From Campylobacterales bacterium (GTDB taxonomy: Bacteria > Campylobacterota > Campylobacteria > Campylobacterales > Sulfurimonadaceae): a stretch of 64,000 nucleotides of DNA. Below the pieces are notes generated by a model. It did no database searches, was not told the DNA's origin, and saw only the letters and a program-made list of their open reading frames with translations. The position numbers were made by a program, and so were the translations under genes. This document shows, in pieces, positions 47,858 to 58,378 of the stretch. Each line of letters opens with the position of its first letter. Position 1 is the stretch's first letter. The stretch lies in contig JAPLGM010000025.1 in NCBI GenBank assembly GCA_026390165.1, positions 29,768 to 93,767 on the forward strand. Reading direction: 5' to 3'.

Positions 47858-48266
47858 AGGAGAGGTTGAACACCCTATTGATGAAGAGGCTCGCCGTACT
47901 AACCTTTATAAAATGTCGACAAAAGATGAGATTCTTTCGGTATTTCGAGTAGGGCAAAGGGTACGACTTACGAAGGCAATACGAAATGACGGAACGTATC
48001 CCCATGGACAAATTGGTGATACGCTCATCGAGGCAGGGGCGGAGGGATATGTTCGTAAGATCGGCGATTTCCTCCAAACGATACGGGTCTATGAAGTCAA
48101 TTTTATTGAACAAGGGATGGCTTTTGGCTGTCGTGAAGCTGAGCTTGAAAGTGCTCTTGAAGATGATGGTTATGATGAAGTTGCAGAAGAATTAAAATGG
48201 CTTAAAGAACATCGTGCACAAAGAGCTGCGCAAAAAGCATTGCAATCTCAAGAAGGGGAGGAGTAG
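47814..48266 (+). CDS. nifZ: NifZ
   Basis: VRLTKAIRNDGTYP...G.EGYV...GCREAEL. RBS GGAGG lies inside nifW. Confidence 0.92.
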   Translation: MESTPASAPTPSVSEGEVEHPIDEEARRTNLYKMSTKDEILSVFRVGQRVRLTKAIRNDGTYPHGQIGDTLIEAGAEGYVRKIGDFLQTIRVYEVNFIEQGMAFGCREAELESALEDDGYDEVAEELKWLKEHRAQRAAQKALQSQEGEE

Positions 48267-48349
48267 TTCACTTTTTTGAGATATGTGCAGACTTCAAAGA
48301 TACGAATTGCCATGAGCGTATCAATGGAGAATTTTCAGGAGGAGTTAAT

Positions 48350-48733
48350 ATGGTAAATGTCATTTTTTGTGGTTTTGGTGAAAAACAAGACAAACGTGTT
48401 TTTGCTAAAGCTGGCGATGTGTTATTGCGTGTAGCTCAGAGTAACGGAGTTTCTATTCCATCGGATTGTAAAGATGGAATGTGTGGAAGTTGTGCAGTAC
48501 GTATTGAAGAAATTTCTAACGATGAGAAAATGGATTCAACAACGGAAGATTATGTATCAAAAGGGCAAGCTGTTTATATGGATGATAAAGAGCTTGAAAC
48601 CTTGATGCAAATGGGTGCAATCACTAAAAAAGAGGCAGAAATTGCTCAACAGTACAATCGTCCAACACCGGTACGTTTGGCATGTCAATGTGTGATCAAA
48701 AATGCTTCAATATTAGTGAAGCCGTTTAACTAA
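48350..48733 (+). CDS. [2Fe-2S] ferredoxin, FeSII (Shethna protein II)-like
   Basis: C-x4-C-x2-C-x63-C with LLRVAQSNGVSIP, DKE..L...G and RLACQ motifs. Confidence 0.8.
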   Translation: MVNVIFCGFGEKQDKRVFAKAGDVLLRVAQSNGVSIPSDCKDGMCGSCAVRIEEISNDEKMDSTTEDYVSKGQAVYMDDKELETLMQMGAITKKEAEIAQQYNRPTPVRLACQCVIKNASILVKPFN

Positions 48734-48757
48734 AATAATACAAAATAAGGGGTTGAG

Positions 48758-49048
48758 ATGACAACACGTGTAGAAATTATTAATGACTTTTTGGCGATCA
48801 ATGTCCATCCGGGTAAAACGATTCAAGATATCGTTGAAGCATCAGGAAGTGCATTGCCGTTTGGATGCCGTGATGGCGAATGCGGTACGTGTGTCGTGAT
48901 GATCGAATCGGGGATGGAGTTCATGAGCCCTATCAATGAAAAAGAGAAAGCGGTACTAAAAACGCTCAATGAGAGTAATCCAAAAGCGCGTCTTGCATGT
49001 CAAATGAAAGTGCTACAGCCAAACGGATTGGTACGTATTAAATACTAA
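48758..49048 (+). CDS. [2Fe-2S] ferredoxin
   Basis: LPFGCRDGECGTC...RLACQ (C-x4-C-x2-C-x35-C). Confidence 0.9.
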   Translation: MTTRVEIINDFLAINVHPGKTIQDIVEASGSALPFGCRDGECGTCVVMIESGMEFMSPINEKEKAVLKTLNESNPKARLACQMKVLQPNGLVRIKY

Positions 49049-49056
49049 TTTCTAAT

Positions 49057-49083
49057 CAATTCAGCTAAATTTTAGCTGAATTG
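49057..49083 (+). terminator. Perfect 13-bp inverted repeat after the ferredoxins
   Basis: CAATTCAGCTAAA-T-TTTAGCTGAATTG followed by CCTTCTTTTT. Confidence 0.5.
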
Positions 49084-49132
49084 CCTTCTTTTTAATCACC
49101 TATAATTCCCATCGATCCCTATAATATTAGTT

Positions 49133-49148
49133 AAGAACACAATATGCA
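49133..49148 (+). promoter_or_regulatory. Variant -24/-12 site upstream of rpoN
   Basis: AAGAAC-ACAAT-ATGCA. The -12 C is 39 nt upstream of the ATG. 14 of 16 positions are identical to the site at 58329-58344. Confidence 0.5.
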
Positions 49149-49185
49149 GTCAAATGCATAATAAACTCATTATTAGGGATTACTA

Positions 49186-50451
49186 ATGCACACGTCTCTC
49201 TCCTATAAACAAAAACAACTCCCTAGATTATCGATGCAAACATGGCTTCCGCTCTTGCAATGTTCCCTCAATGATTTGGAGAAACATTTACAAGTCATTA
49301 GCAATGAAAACCCTTGTCTTGAAGTAAAATCAGGATTTGAGGAATCCAATGCACAAGCAGGTGGATCATCCGTATACGGTGCATTCCAAAATTATGTCTC
49401 TAACGCCTCTTCGGATCAAATTGAGTGGTTGAGTATCTCCTCAACCTCCTTGTATGAAAAATTGGATGAACAGATCGTCGCGCCTTTATTTCCCACCCCC
49501 ATATCTCAGAAAATTGCCCGTCAGATTATCTATTATATCAGTGATGAAGGGTATTTTGAAGGGAGTGTTGAAGAGATTGCCCAACAATGTGATACCGATG
49601 TCCAAACCGTGGAGCGGGTACGTCAGCGATTTTCTCATCTTGAGCCAGCAGGCGTTGGGGCGTGTGATTACAAAGAGTCCTTTTTGTTTCAGCTCAATGA
49701 TTACGAACTGGATGATGATTTGAGTATTTTGCTCTCAGCGATGATTTTACAGTTCGATAAGATGGAAAAATTTATCAAAAATCCCCGTTTCACAGATGCG
49801 AAACATGTGCTACAACATCTCAAAAATCCTCCTGCATTGGAGTATATGGAGCCAGAGGCACAAATAATTCCTGATCTTTTTGTAGAATTGACAGGATCAG
49901 AATTGGATATTCGAATCAATCATGCTTTTTACCCCGATTTAAAAGTTAATATGATTGATAAATACGACAATTTTGCCAAACAAAAGTTCAAAGAGGCACG
50001 AGAATTGGTGAAACTCATGGATCTTCGAAAAGCGACCCTCTATAATGTTGCTTTGGTCTTAATCGAAAAGCAGTACAGTTTCTTTATGGGAGGTGAGCTT
50101 AAACCGCTTCGACTTCAAGATGTTGCGGATGAGTTGGGCTTTAATGAATCGACAATTTCCAGAGCCATTTCGGATAAATATATGCAAACACAGCGGGGGC
50201 TCTATCCGTTCAAAGATTTTTTCTCCAATTCGATCGGTGAAGTATCGACCGCTGAGATCAAACACTTTTTGAAACGGCTAGTGTCGAGTGAAAACAAAGA
50301 GGATCCTTTTAGTGACAAAATACTTCATGAGATGATCGAAGAGCGTTTTGGGGTAACAATGGTACGTCGCCTTATCGCCAAATATCGGCAAGAACTTGAT
50401 ATTCCACCTTATAAAGAGCGGCTGTTTTTATACAAACTTGAGTTATTGTAA
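49186..50451 (+). CDS. rpoN: RNA polymerase sigma-54 factor (nif-island paralogue)
   Basis: Region I WLPLLQ, EPAGVGA, HTH ESTISR, PFSD, and an RpoN box reading VRRLIAKYRQ. Confidence 0.93.
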   Translation: MHTSLSYKQKQLPRLSMQTWLPLLQCSLNDLEKHLQVISNENPCLEVKSGFEESNAQAGGSSVYGAFQNYVSNASSDQIEWLSISSTSLYEKLDEQIVAPLFPTPISQKIARQIIYYISDEGYFEGSVEEIAQQCDTDVQTVERVRQRFSHLEPAGVGACDYKESFLFQLNDYELDDDLSILLSAMILQFDKMEKFIKNPRFTDAKHVLQHLKNPPALEYMEPEAQIIPDLFVELTGSELDIRINHAFYPDLKVNMIDKYDNFAKQKFKEARELVKLMDLRKATLYNVALVLIEKQYSFFMGGELKPLRLQDVADELGFNESTISRAISDKYMQTQRGLYPFKDFFSNSIGEVSTAEIKHFLKRLVSSENKEDPFSDKILHEMIEERFGVTMVRRLIAKYRQELDIPPYKERLFLYKLELL

Positions 50452-50461
50452 TTGATATCTC

Positions 50462-51373
50462 TTATACTTCGCAATAAATGGTATTTCTTCCCATCTCTTT
50501 TGCCTTGTAAAGCATTTCATCAACGAGTTTTAAAAGGTTTTCGCAGTCACTTTCGTTGTTTATTGTTGAAATTGCATATCCCACACTAACCGTCACATGG
50601 GCAGCTACTTTTGAATAATTATGGGGGATATTAAGATTCTCAACGCTGTCTTTGAGTTTTTGTGCCACATTTTTTGCCCCCTCTATGTCTATTTCAGGGA
50701 GAATGACAATAAACTCTTCTCCACCGTATCGACATACAAAGTCGCTATCTCTATTAAGGACGCTTTGAAGTTTATTGGCTACTTTTATGAGGCATTCGTC
50801 ACCGGCACCGTGCCCGTATCCGTCATTAAAGGCTTTAAAGTAGTCGATATCCATCATAACTAGTGCAAGGGGTTTAGCGTGTCTCATTGATCGGCCACAC
50901 TCGCTTTTAAATGTTTCGTCAAATCTTCGTCTATTGGCAATGCCGGTAAGGCCGTCTATCATGGCAAGTTTTTCGAGCATCTGTGTTTTTAGTTTTAGAT
51001 TTATATGGGTCTTCACCCTCGCTTTGATTAATAAGGGCTCATAGGGTTTGACGATATAGTCAACCGCACCAAGATTGAATCCTTGCATCTGATCGCTGAC
51101 TTCGTCTTTAGCACTGACAAAAATAACGGGAATCTCGGAAGTCGCCGAGTTTGATTTGAGTTTTTTACAGACTTCGTAGCCATCCATAACCGGCATCATA
51201 ATGTCCAAAAGTATCAGATCGGGCATTTCTATAGCGTTCGCTATCTGCAGCGCCTTTTCTCCACTCGTGGCAATCTTGATACTATAATCATTTCCCAGAA
51301 TTTCTGCCAGAAGCTGTATATTGGCCGTTGCGTCATCCACAATTAATATAGTAGGTTTTTTGCTAAACATCAC
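50462..51373 (-). CDS. Response regulator diguanylate cyclase (REC-GGDEF)
   Basis: REC domain (LIVDD, LLDIMMP), intact GGEEF and RxxD I-site (RDSD). Confidence 0.93.
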   Translation of the reverse strand: MMFSKKPTILIVDDATANIQLLAEILGNDYSIKIATSGEKALQIANAIEMPDLILLDIMMPVMDGYEVCKKLKSNSATSEIPVIFVSAKDEVSDQMQGFNLGAVDYIVKPYEPLLIKARVKTHINLKLKTQMLEKLAMIDGLTGIANRRRFDETFKSECGRSMRHAKPLALVMMDIDYFKAFNDGYGHGAGDECLIKVANKLQSVLNRDSDFVCRYGGEEFIVILPEIDIEGAKNVAQKLKDSVENLNIPHNYSKVAAHVTVSVGYAISTINNESDCENLLKLVDEMLYKAKEMGRNTIYCEV

Positions 51374-54300
51374 TTCGCCTTTAAATCAGTTGTTATTATA
51401 TCTATTGTGTCGATTGCTGCATCATAGTTCATGTTTCTTATTTGTGATACAAGTAAGGCTACGTGTACCTCATCCTTTACGCCATCTAAACACGCTTGCA
51501 GCTCATGCAACATACTCTCTGAAATAAACATATCCTGAGATGCGATCTCTCTTACCGTACTTAACATCTCAAGCGCCTCATCTGCTGTGCAAGCATTTAC
51601 GCTAGGATGGATTTCATCCATAAATATATTTTCAATATTAGTAAGGGTCTTATCGAGTTGATTAAAAAATTCATCAAGCGACTCACTCTTTTTTTGCTGA
51701 AGCTGATTTTCTAGTGTTTTTGTTGCTTCATAAAGCTCTAGTGCCCCTATATTTCCAGAAGCACCTTTTAGTGAATGTACCAATGCCAGCGCTTCATCAT
51801 ATCTATTATTATCTAAATAATGGCGCAGACTCTCTTTCGTATCTTTTTGGCTTTTTGCAAAATTAGTCAAGATATGATAGATCGCGTTACGATCCAGTCC
51901 TATTTGTGCAAACCTTTCATTGTCAAACCCTTTGAGATACATCCCTTTATCATTATTAGAGAGGGTATCTATATCTTCTTTATTTTGACGTTTTATCCAT
52001 TTTTGAAGGACAATGAAGAGCTCGTTAACGTCAATAGGTTTGGAGATATGGTCGTTCATGCCGGCAGCAAAAGTTTCTTCTCTGTCTTGTTTCATGGCAG
52101 CTGCTGTCATTGCCACAATAGGCAAAGAGTGGCATCCCGGTAAGGCTCTGATTTTAGCGGTGGCCTCAAAGCCGTCCATTATGGGCATCTGCAAATCCAT
52201 CAGTACGATGTCAAATTGCTCTTTAGAAGCTTTTTCAACGGCTTCTAGCCCATTTTCAGCAATTTCTATAGTAACGATTCCCAGCTTTTCAAGAAACCCC
52301 TTGGCGACTAGCTGGTTTGTCTGGTTATCTTCTACCAGAAGGACTTTTACTCCGCGAAACGCTTTTGAACCATTATTTAAGCTCTCACTCGTTTCCAAAG
52401 AGAAGGGTGTAAACCTAGTATCATCTTCCCCTTGAAGCGTCATGATTGTATCCATCAAATTTGATGGAGTTACCGGTTTTTCTAATATGGCATCGAGAGT
52501 GACGTGATGCGCAGACTCAAGAACTTCATCTTTTTTGTAGGTCGTAACCATAATTACGAGGGGGGAATGTTTCGCTTCATAACTCTTCATCTGTTCTTCG
52601 AGATGCGTTGCAAGTTCAATGCCGTCCATTCCGGGCATTTTCCAGTCTATTAGATACGCCTCATACGGTTTCCCCTCTTCAAGTGCCTTCAAAGAAAGGT
52701 TTAGAGCCTTTTCACCGGAGGTAGCCAATGTCACATCAAAAGACCATGACTCAAGAATTTTCTGCATTATCTCTAACGACGTTTCCTGATCATCGACCAC
52801 GAGGGTTTTCATCCCTCTGAGATTGTATATACTTCTCTGCTCTTCAGGTTTATTGGCAGGCAGTAGTGGAATTTTGAAGAAAAACGTGCTTCCTTTCCCC
52901 GGCTCGCTATCAATCCCTATTTCACCCCCCATCAAATCTATAATCTGTTTACTGATGGTAAGCCCAAGACCTGTTCCGCCAAACTTTCTCGTAGTAGACA
53001 TATCGGCCTGCGTAAATGCCTGAAACAATTTATCCGCTTGTTCTTTCGTCATACCGATACCGGTATCTTGTATCGTAAATAACAGTTCTTGATTCCCATC
53101 AGCATTAACTTGAGGGGCTATTTTTAGATGAATTTCCCCTTTGTAGGTAAACTTAACCGCATTGCCGACTAAATTATTGAGTATCTGAGATAATCTAAGA
53201 GGATCACCTCTTAGCCTATCAGGCACACCGTTTGCCATCTCAATAAAGATTTCTAACCCCTTCTCTTCGGCCTTTACGCTAAAAAGACCTGAGACGTTGC
53301 GCAGCAGTTTTTCAAGCGAATAGTCGATATTTTCAAGGCCGAGTTTGCCTGCCTCAATTTTAGAATAGTCCAGAATATCGTTAAGAATATTAAGGAGAGC
53401 TGCGGATGAATCCTGTACTTTTTGCAAATAGTTTCTTTGCATAGGGGTAAGCTCGGTATCGAGTACCAGCTTTGTCAGACCCAATACGGCATTCATAGGG
53501 GTTCGTATCTCATGGCTCATATTGGCGACAAAGTCGCTTTTTGCCTTGTTTGCCGATTCTGCTTGCTCTTTGGCGTGCATTAGTGCTTGTTCGGCTAGTC
53601 TTTGCTCGGTAATGTCTTGGATGGTACCAATAGAGCGGAGCGGTTTTTCGTTCTCGTCAAAAGTGGTTTCGCACTGTTCACGAACATATTTTATTCTACC
53701 GTCGTTCATCAGCAGCCTATGAACTATCTCATAACCGTTTTTCGTTTCCAATGAGTGTGTATACGCATCATTAACCCTGTCTCTATCATCCGGGTGAATA
53801 GCATGTAAAAACGCTTCATAGGATGCGTAAAATTTTTCTTTGTCAAGTTCAAATAGGTGAAAAATTTCATCGGACCAATCAAGCTTGTTGCTAATCAAAT
53901 CAAGAGACCAATTGCCGATTTTGGCTAGCGACTCGGCTTTTTTCAGATTATCGTTTATCTGAGCGGATTCTTCATAGCTGGCATCAAGCGCGGTATTGGC
54001 CTCTTCGAGTTCTCTTGCCTGCTTAGTTAGCAGCTCGTTAAGCCTGATTGCCTCGTCTTTTTGCGCTTCTGCCTTTTGCAGTTCAAGCTTGCTGAGTGCC
54101 GCGCGAAAATTAGCTTTTATTACACATAATAACAAATACGTTAAGAGAGTAAAAAACAAGATCGTTAGCGTGCTAGTTAACAAAGCGTTGTGAAACTCTT
54201 TTTTCATGATCGGCAGTGTCGCATCTTGGCTGTAAAAAGTGATGTATCCGATATAGTGTTTTGAGTAATCATAAAATGGGTTAAGGACTATCGCATAATC

Positions 54301-55188
54301 CTCATTGTTCACTTTTGCATAAAAACAGATAGCCTGTTTCTTAGATATTGACTCGTCAAATTCTTTCGGTTTTTGCTCAAAAATCTTTTGTAATAGCTCA
54401 AGTTCTTTATCCTGATAAATTAACGGGTTGTGATACAAGTTATTTGCAAGGAGGGAAGTCGCCATTTTTTTAGAATTAATATCGATCGGTATTTCAGGCG
54501 GGGATTCCAATGATAGGTACGTACTTGTTCTGAAGTTGTCTTGCAATGTTTTGTAGATTTGCGACTCATCAATACCCAGTTCAATACTCCCCAAGAAACG
54601 GTTCTGTTCGCGTATTGGAAAAACATATCGATAGGCATTAAAAAAACGGCCCAATTCAAAACCGTAATCACTTTTTTGATGTTCATGAACACTCTTTATG
54701 AGCTTTCTAAAAGATAGTACATTATCACCATACTCTTTTTGTTTTTGAAACCGGATAATAATATCTCCGCGTGTATTTTGAATCTGAAGTATCTTTAACG
54801 AGAGTGTCGTATTTGTTTTGTAGGTAGACTCAAATTTTGCTAATAGCAAATCGTGGGCTTTTTTGGTTTCATTTTTGTCATTTGAAATTTTGAGCGCATT
54901 TTTCATTGTTTCATCTGCGATTAATCTTTGAGCTTGAACTTCCGAAGCTGTTTTATACGCTTTGATAGTAGCGTTATATTCTTCATTCCATTGAGTTTTT
55001 AAGTTATTTAAGTAATCCTCAACATTCGCATCATATTTATTTTTTGTAATTGAGTAGGTACCGATTTCACCGATTATAAATACGAAAAGTATTAAAACCC
55101 GGAATGAAATTGTACTGGATACTAATAATGATACGAGCCCAGCTATTAATCTAGTATAAGATGATTTGATACGTGAGAATTTTGTCAT
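51370..55188 (-). CDS. Hybrid histidine kinase (Cache-PAS-HisKA-HATPase-REC-REC-Hpt)
   Basis: [24 protein letters not shown], two REC domains and HSLKG. Confidence 0.93.
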   Translation of the reverse strand: MTKFSRIKSSYTRLIAGLVSLLVSSTISFRVLILFVFIIGEIGTYSITKNKYDANVEDYLNNLKTQWNEEYNATIKAYKTASEVQAQRLIADETMKNALKISNDKNETKKAHDLLLAKFESTYKTNTTLSLKILQIQNTRGDIIIRFQKQKEYGDNVLSFRKLIKSVHEHQKSDYGFELGRFFNAYRYVFPIREQNRFLGSIELGIDESQIYKTLQDNFRTSTYLSLESPPEIPIDINSKKMATSLLANNLYHNPLIYQDKELELLQKIFEQKPKEFDESISKKQAICFYAKVNNEDYAIVLNPFYDYSKHYIGYITFYSQDATLPIMKKEFHNALLTSTLTILFFTLLTYLLLCVIKANFRAALSKLELQKAEAQKDEAIRLNELLTKQARELEEANTALDASYEESAQINDNLKKAESLAKIGNWSLDLISNKLDWSDEIFHLFELDKEKFYASYEAFLHAIHPDDRDRVNDAYTHSLETKNGYEIVHRLLMNDGRIKYVREQCETTFDENEKPLRSIGTIQDITEQRLAEQALMHAKEQAESANKAKSDFVANMSHEIRTPMNAVLGLTKLVLDTELTPMQRNYLQKVQDSSAALLNILNDILDYSKIEAGKLGLENIDYSLEKLLRNVSGLFSVKAEEKGLEIFIEMANGVPDRLRGDPLRLSQILNNLVGNAVKFTYKGEIHLKIAPQVNADGNQELLFTIQDTGIGMTKEQADKLFQAFTQADMSTTRKFGGTGLGLTISKQIIDLMGGEIGIDSEPGKGSTFFFKIPLLPANKPEEQRSIYNLRGMKTLVVDDQETSLEIMQKILESWSFDVTLATSGEKALNLSLKALEEGKPYEAYLIDWKMPGMDGIELATHLEEQMKSYEAKHSPLVIMVTTYKKDEVLESAHHVTLDAILEKPVTPSNLMDTIMTLQGEDDTRFTPFSLETSESLNNGSKAFRGVKVLLVEDNQTNQLVAKGFLEKLGIVTIEIAENGLEAVEKASKEQFDIVLMDLQMPIMDGFEATAKIRALPGCHSLPIVAMTAAAMKQDREETFAAGMNDHISKPIDVNELFIVLQKWIKRQNKEDIDTLSNNDKGMYLKGFDNERFAQIGLDRNAIYHILTNFAKSQKDTKESLRHYLDNNRYDEALALVHSLKGASGNIGALELYEATKTLENQLQQKKSESLDEFFNQLDKTLTNIENIFMDEIHPSVNACTADEALEMLSTVREIASQDMFISESMLHELQACLDGVKDEVHVALLVSQIRNMNYDAAIDTIDIITTDLKAK

Positions 55189-57765
55189 TTAATTCCCCTC
55201 TTTTAAAATTTTCATAATCGTATCTATGGTGTCAAGCGCCTTAGTATAGTCCATCTCTCTTATTTGCAATATGAGTCTGGCTATTTGTTTTTCATCCACG
55301 GTTCCATGCAGAGATTCTTGAACTTCATAGACGATATTCTCAGGGACAAACATGTCTTGTGATGTAATACTCTTTAATTGTTCAAGCACTTTTAAGGCAT
55401 CGTGTATGGTATAGTTTTTTGAGTTATCAGTTTTTTTGTTTATCGGTATAGTTTCAATATCGGTCAGTATTTCGGCAAGAGAGTGGTAAAACTCCTCAAG
55501 CGAATCGGTATGATTTGAGTTAAGCTCATTCTCCAGTTTTTTCGCCGCCTCATAAAGCTTTGTCGCCCCTATGTTTCCGCTAGAGCCTTTTATCGAGTGG
55601 ATTAGTGCGGATACTTTATCAAATCTACCATGCGCTAAATGGTCATTTAGCATCACTTTTGCATCTTTATAGCTTCGAACGAAACTGTAAAACATATCGA
55701 CAATGGCATCACGATCCAGCCCTATGTGTCTGAATGTAGCCAATCGTGTAGTGTCAAAGCCCTTGAAATCTATATTGTTTTCATCCGTATTTTTTTTTAC
55801 CTCAATAGAACAGGGTTGGCTATCGTGCGGCTTTATCCACTTTTGAAGGGTTGTAGCCAACTCTTCAAAATTTATAGGCTTAGAAATATGATCGTCCATA
55901 CCGGCTGAGAGGGAATCGGCTTTATCTTGTTTCATGGCGGATGCGGTCATCGCAACAATAGGTATATTTTTGCCGCAGGGTAAAGCTCTGATTTTGCGTG
56001 TCGCTTCAAATCCCCCCATAACGGGCATTTGCAAATCCATCAATACAATGTCGTATGTATTCTCGGTCACTTTGTTGAGCGCTTCAAGACCATTTTCAGC
56101 GATTTCTACAACACCCCCTAATTTATCCAGAAACCCTTTGGCGACCAATTGATTGGTCGGGTTGTCTTCTACCAAAAGAATCTTCGCCCCTTGGATCGCT
56201 TTCGATGCCTCGATTATAATTTTATCGCTATTCGAAGGAGTGGTTGCAAACGTACTGATTTCTCCCCCTTGAAGGGTCATAATCGTATCCATAAGGTTTG
56301 AAGGGGTGACGGGTTTTTCCAGTATTGCATCCAGTTTTATGTTCTTTGCAGTTTCTACGACTTTATCCTTGCTGCATGCGGTTACCATGATTACAAGAGG
56401 CGCGCGTCCACTCTTATGGAGATCGGTCTGCTCGTTAATAAGTTTAGCCAGTTCTACTCCATCCATCCCCGGCATTTTCCAGTCTATCAGATAGATTTCA
56501 AAAGGGTTACCTTGTTTCAATGCTTCCAACGAAAGGCTAAGTGCTTTTTCTCCGGAGTTTGCCAAGGTTACGTCAAAAAACCATGAACGGAGGATTTTTT
56601 CCATCACTTCGAGTGACGTTACCTGATCATCTACGACCAACGTCCTCATCCCTTTTAAATGTAAGGGGCTTCTTCCGTGTATGGATTCTTTGGCAGGTTG
56701 CAACGGTATCGTGAAGTAAAACGTACTCCCTCTACCAAATTCGCTTTCAACCCATATCTCTCCACCGATTAGCGCCACAAGCTGTTTGCTGATGGTCAGC
56801 CCAAGCCCGGTGCCTCCATATTTTCGGGTGGTGGAGGTATCGGCCTGGGTAAATGGCTGAAACAGATTGCCGGCTTGCTCTTTGGTCATACCGATACCGG
56901 TATCTTGTATGGTAAATAAAAGCATTTGTGTACTGTTTGGATCGATCAGGAGATCAATTTTGATATGAATTTCCCCTTTTTCGGTAAATTTTACGGCATT
57001 TCCGACTAGATTGTTAAGGATTTGAGATAGACGAAGTGGATCTCCCCTGAGCATAAGCGGCATACCCTCGGCAATATCAAAAAAGATCTCTATATCTTTC
57101 TCTTCGGCTCTTGCACTAAAGAGTCCGGATACATTGTGTAATACTGCCTCTAATGAGTAATCAACCTCTTCAAGACCTAGTTTGCCTGCTTCCATTTTGG
57201 AGTAGTCTAAAATATCATTGAGAATGTTTAAGAGGGCGGTTGATGAGTCTTGTACTTTTTGAAGATAGTTTCTTTGCATGGGGGTAAGTTCTGTATCCAG
57301 TACCAGCTTTGTGAGTCCCAAAACGGCATTCATCGGGGTTCGTATCTCGTGGCTCATATTGGCTACAAAGTCGCTTTTTGCCTTGTTTGCCGCTTCTGCA
57401 TGTTCTTTGGCACTCACTAATTCCCTATTGATTCGCTTTAAGTTTTCACTGACAACCCCAAAAGCGTACCCCAATACAATAAAAACCACTACCGAAAGAT
57501 ACGCACTGGGATTGTGTTTGACCAATTCAAAGGTTGGCGGTATGAAAAACCAAAAAACTATGATTGCACTGACAACCGATGAGATCATAGCTCCACGCAG
57601 ACCCCCAAGGCGTGCCATAAAAAATACGGTAGGATAAAACAAAAACCATACATACGGTTTAAACATAAACCATAGAGAAGTTTGCAGTGCAAGGGTGATA
57701 AAAGGGACAATAAATGGCAATAAATAGGTCAATATAAAATTTTTATCTATTCGACTAAATCCCAT
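55189..57765 (-). CDS. Hybrid histidine kinase (membrane sensor-HisKA-HATPase-REC-REC-Hpt)
   Basis: Four-TM DUF4118-like sensor and the same kinase core as its neighbour, with HSIKG. Start placed at ATG 57765 (RBS AAGGA). Confidence 0.92.
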   Translation of the reverse strand: MGFSRIDKNFILTYLLPFIVPFITLALQTSLWFMFKPYVWFLFYPTVFFMARLGGLRGAMISSVVSAIIVFWFFIPPTFELVKHNPSAYLSVVVFIVLGYAFGVVSENLKRINRELVSAKEHAEAANKAKSDFVANMSHEIRTPMNAVLGLTKLVLDTELTPMQRNYLQKVQDSSTALLNILNDILDYSKMEAGKLGLEEVDYSLEAVLHNVSGLFSARAEEKDIEIFFDIAEGMPLMLRGDPLRLSQILNNLVGNAVKFTEKGEIHIKIDLLIDPNSTQMLLFTIQDTGIGMTKEQAGNLFQPFTQADTSTTRKYGGTGLGLTISKQLVALIGGEIWVESEFGRGSTFYFTIPLQPAKESIHGRSPLHLKGMRTLVVDDQVTSLEVMEKILRSWFFDVTLANSGEKALSLSLEALKQGNPFEIYLIDWKMPGMDGVELAKLINEQTDLHKSGRAPLVIMVTACSKDKVVETAKNIKLDAILEKPVTPSNLMDTIMTLQGGEISTFATTPSNSDKIIIEASKAIQGAKILLVEDNPTNQLVAKGFLDKLGGVVEIAENGLEALNKVTENTYDIVLMDLQMPVMGGFEATRKIRALPCGKNIPIVAMTASAMKQDKADSLSAGMDDHISKPINFEELATTLQKWIKPHDSQPCSIEVKKNTDENNIDFKGFDTTRLATFRHIGLDRDAIVDMFYSFVRSYKDAKVMLNDHLAHGRFDKVSALIHSIKGSSGNIGATKLYEAAKKLENELNSNHTDSLEEFYHSLAEILTDIETIPINKKTDNSKNYTIHDALKVLEQLKSITSQDMFVPENIVYEVQESLHGTVDEKQIARLILQIREMDYTKALDTIDTIMKILKEGN

Positions 57766-57899
57766 TGACCTATCCTTTATTAAGTGGTGATACTTGAATG
57801 ATAACATATTTTTATGTGAGCTGAATTCAGTCCGAAGGATCTTTATACGAATACGCGATACCGTGCTTGGCACGGTATGAAAAAAAAGAGATAGTAGGA

Positions 57900-58295
57900 T
57901 TAGCTAGATGGCGTATCAATAGCCGTGAAGAAGGTATTGCTTTTGGTTGTGGTACGAGGCTCTGGTTGAGCAAGTGCCGTTTCTCCTTTTTCTCCTGTAC
58001 GGATACGTTCGACTTCAAGGACGGGGGTGACCCACATTTTTCCGGCACCGTGTCCTAGATCTTGGGTATGGGAACGGACACACTCCATAGCTGTTTTTTT
58101 ATGCGCTTCATCGGAGACGACGATAAGTAGCATCACTTTGGGAAATAGATCGGGAGCATTATTTTTTTCAGCAATCCCCAGTGACCCTTTTCCGATCACA
58201 TCCATGACGGTTACCCCTTCGATTAAATTGTCAAAAAGTTCTTTTAACACATCGTTGAGGCAGTGTTTGTTAAATACAGCGGTAATTTGGACCAT
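57900..58295 (-). CDS. P-II superfamily protein (non-canonical)
   Basis: [18 protein letters not shown] and RIRTGE motifs, with a short T-loop. Confidence 0.85.
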   Translation of the reverse strand: MVQITAVFNKHCLNDVLKELFDNLIEGVTVMDVIGKGSLGIAEKNNAPDLFPKVMLLIVVSDEAHKKTAMECVRSHTQDLGHGAGKMWVTPVLEVERIRTGEKGETALAQPEPRTTTKSNTFFTAIDTPSS

Positions 58296-58328
58296 TTTGG
58301 ACCCCTAGTATTGGAATATTGTAGATAT

Positions 58329-58344
58329 TGCATATTGCGTTCTA
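58329..58344 (-). promoter_or_regulatory. Variant -24/-12 promoter of the P-II operon
   Basis: TAGAAC-GCAAT-ATGCA on the minus strand. The -12 C is 35 nt upstream of the ATG. Confidence 0.5.
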
Positions 58345-58354
58345 GCGAGTTGGT

Positions 58355-58370
58355 ATGACAAAAATGTCAT
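58355..58370. promoter_or_regulatory. Inverted repeat between divergent promoters
   Basis: ATGACA-AAAA-TGTCAT, centred between the two variant -24/-12 sites. Confidence 0.4.
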
Positions 58371-58378
58371 TCTCTAAC

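Noticed and set aside
48267-48349. A sixth variant -24/-12 promoter upstream of the FeSII-like gene
   Set aside because: The TGCA/TTGC words there lack the G-N-AC element at the right spacing. The gene is probably read from the nifN promoter.
57858-57878. TGGCAC inside the hairpin ATACCGTGC-TTG-GCACGGTAT as a sigma54 promoter
   Set aside because: There is no GC at the -12 spacing and it points away from any gene start. It is more likely an intercistronic mRNA stem-loop.
57766-57920. Frameshift fusion of the P-II-like gene to the downstream kinase
   Set aside because: The kinase frame has a TAG just upstream of the P-II stop, and the kinase has its own RBS and ATG at 57765.
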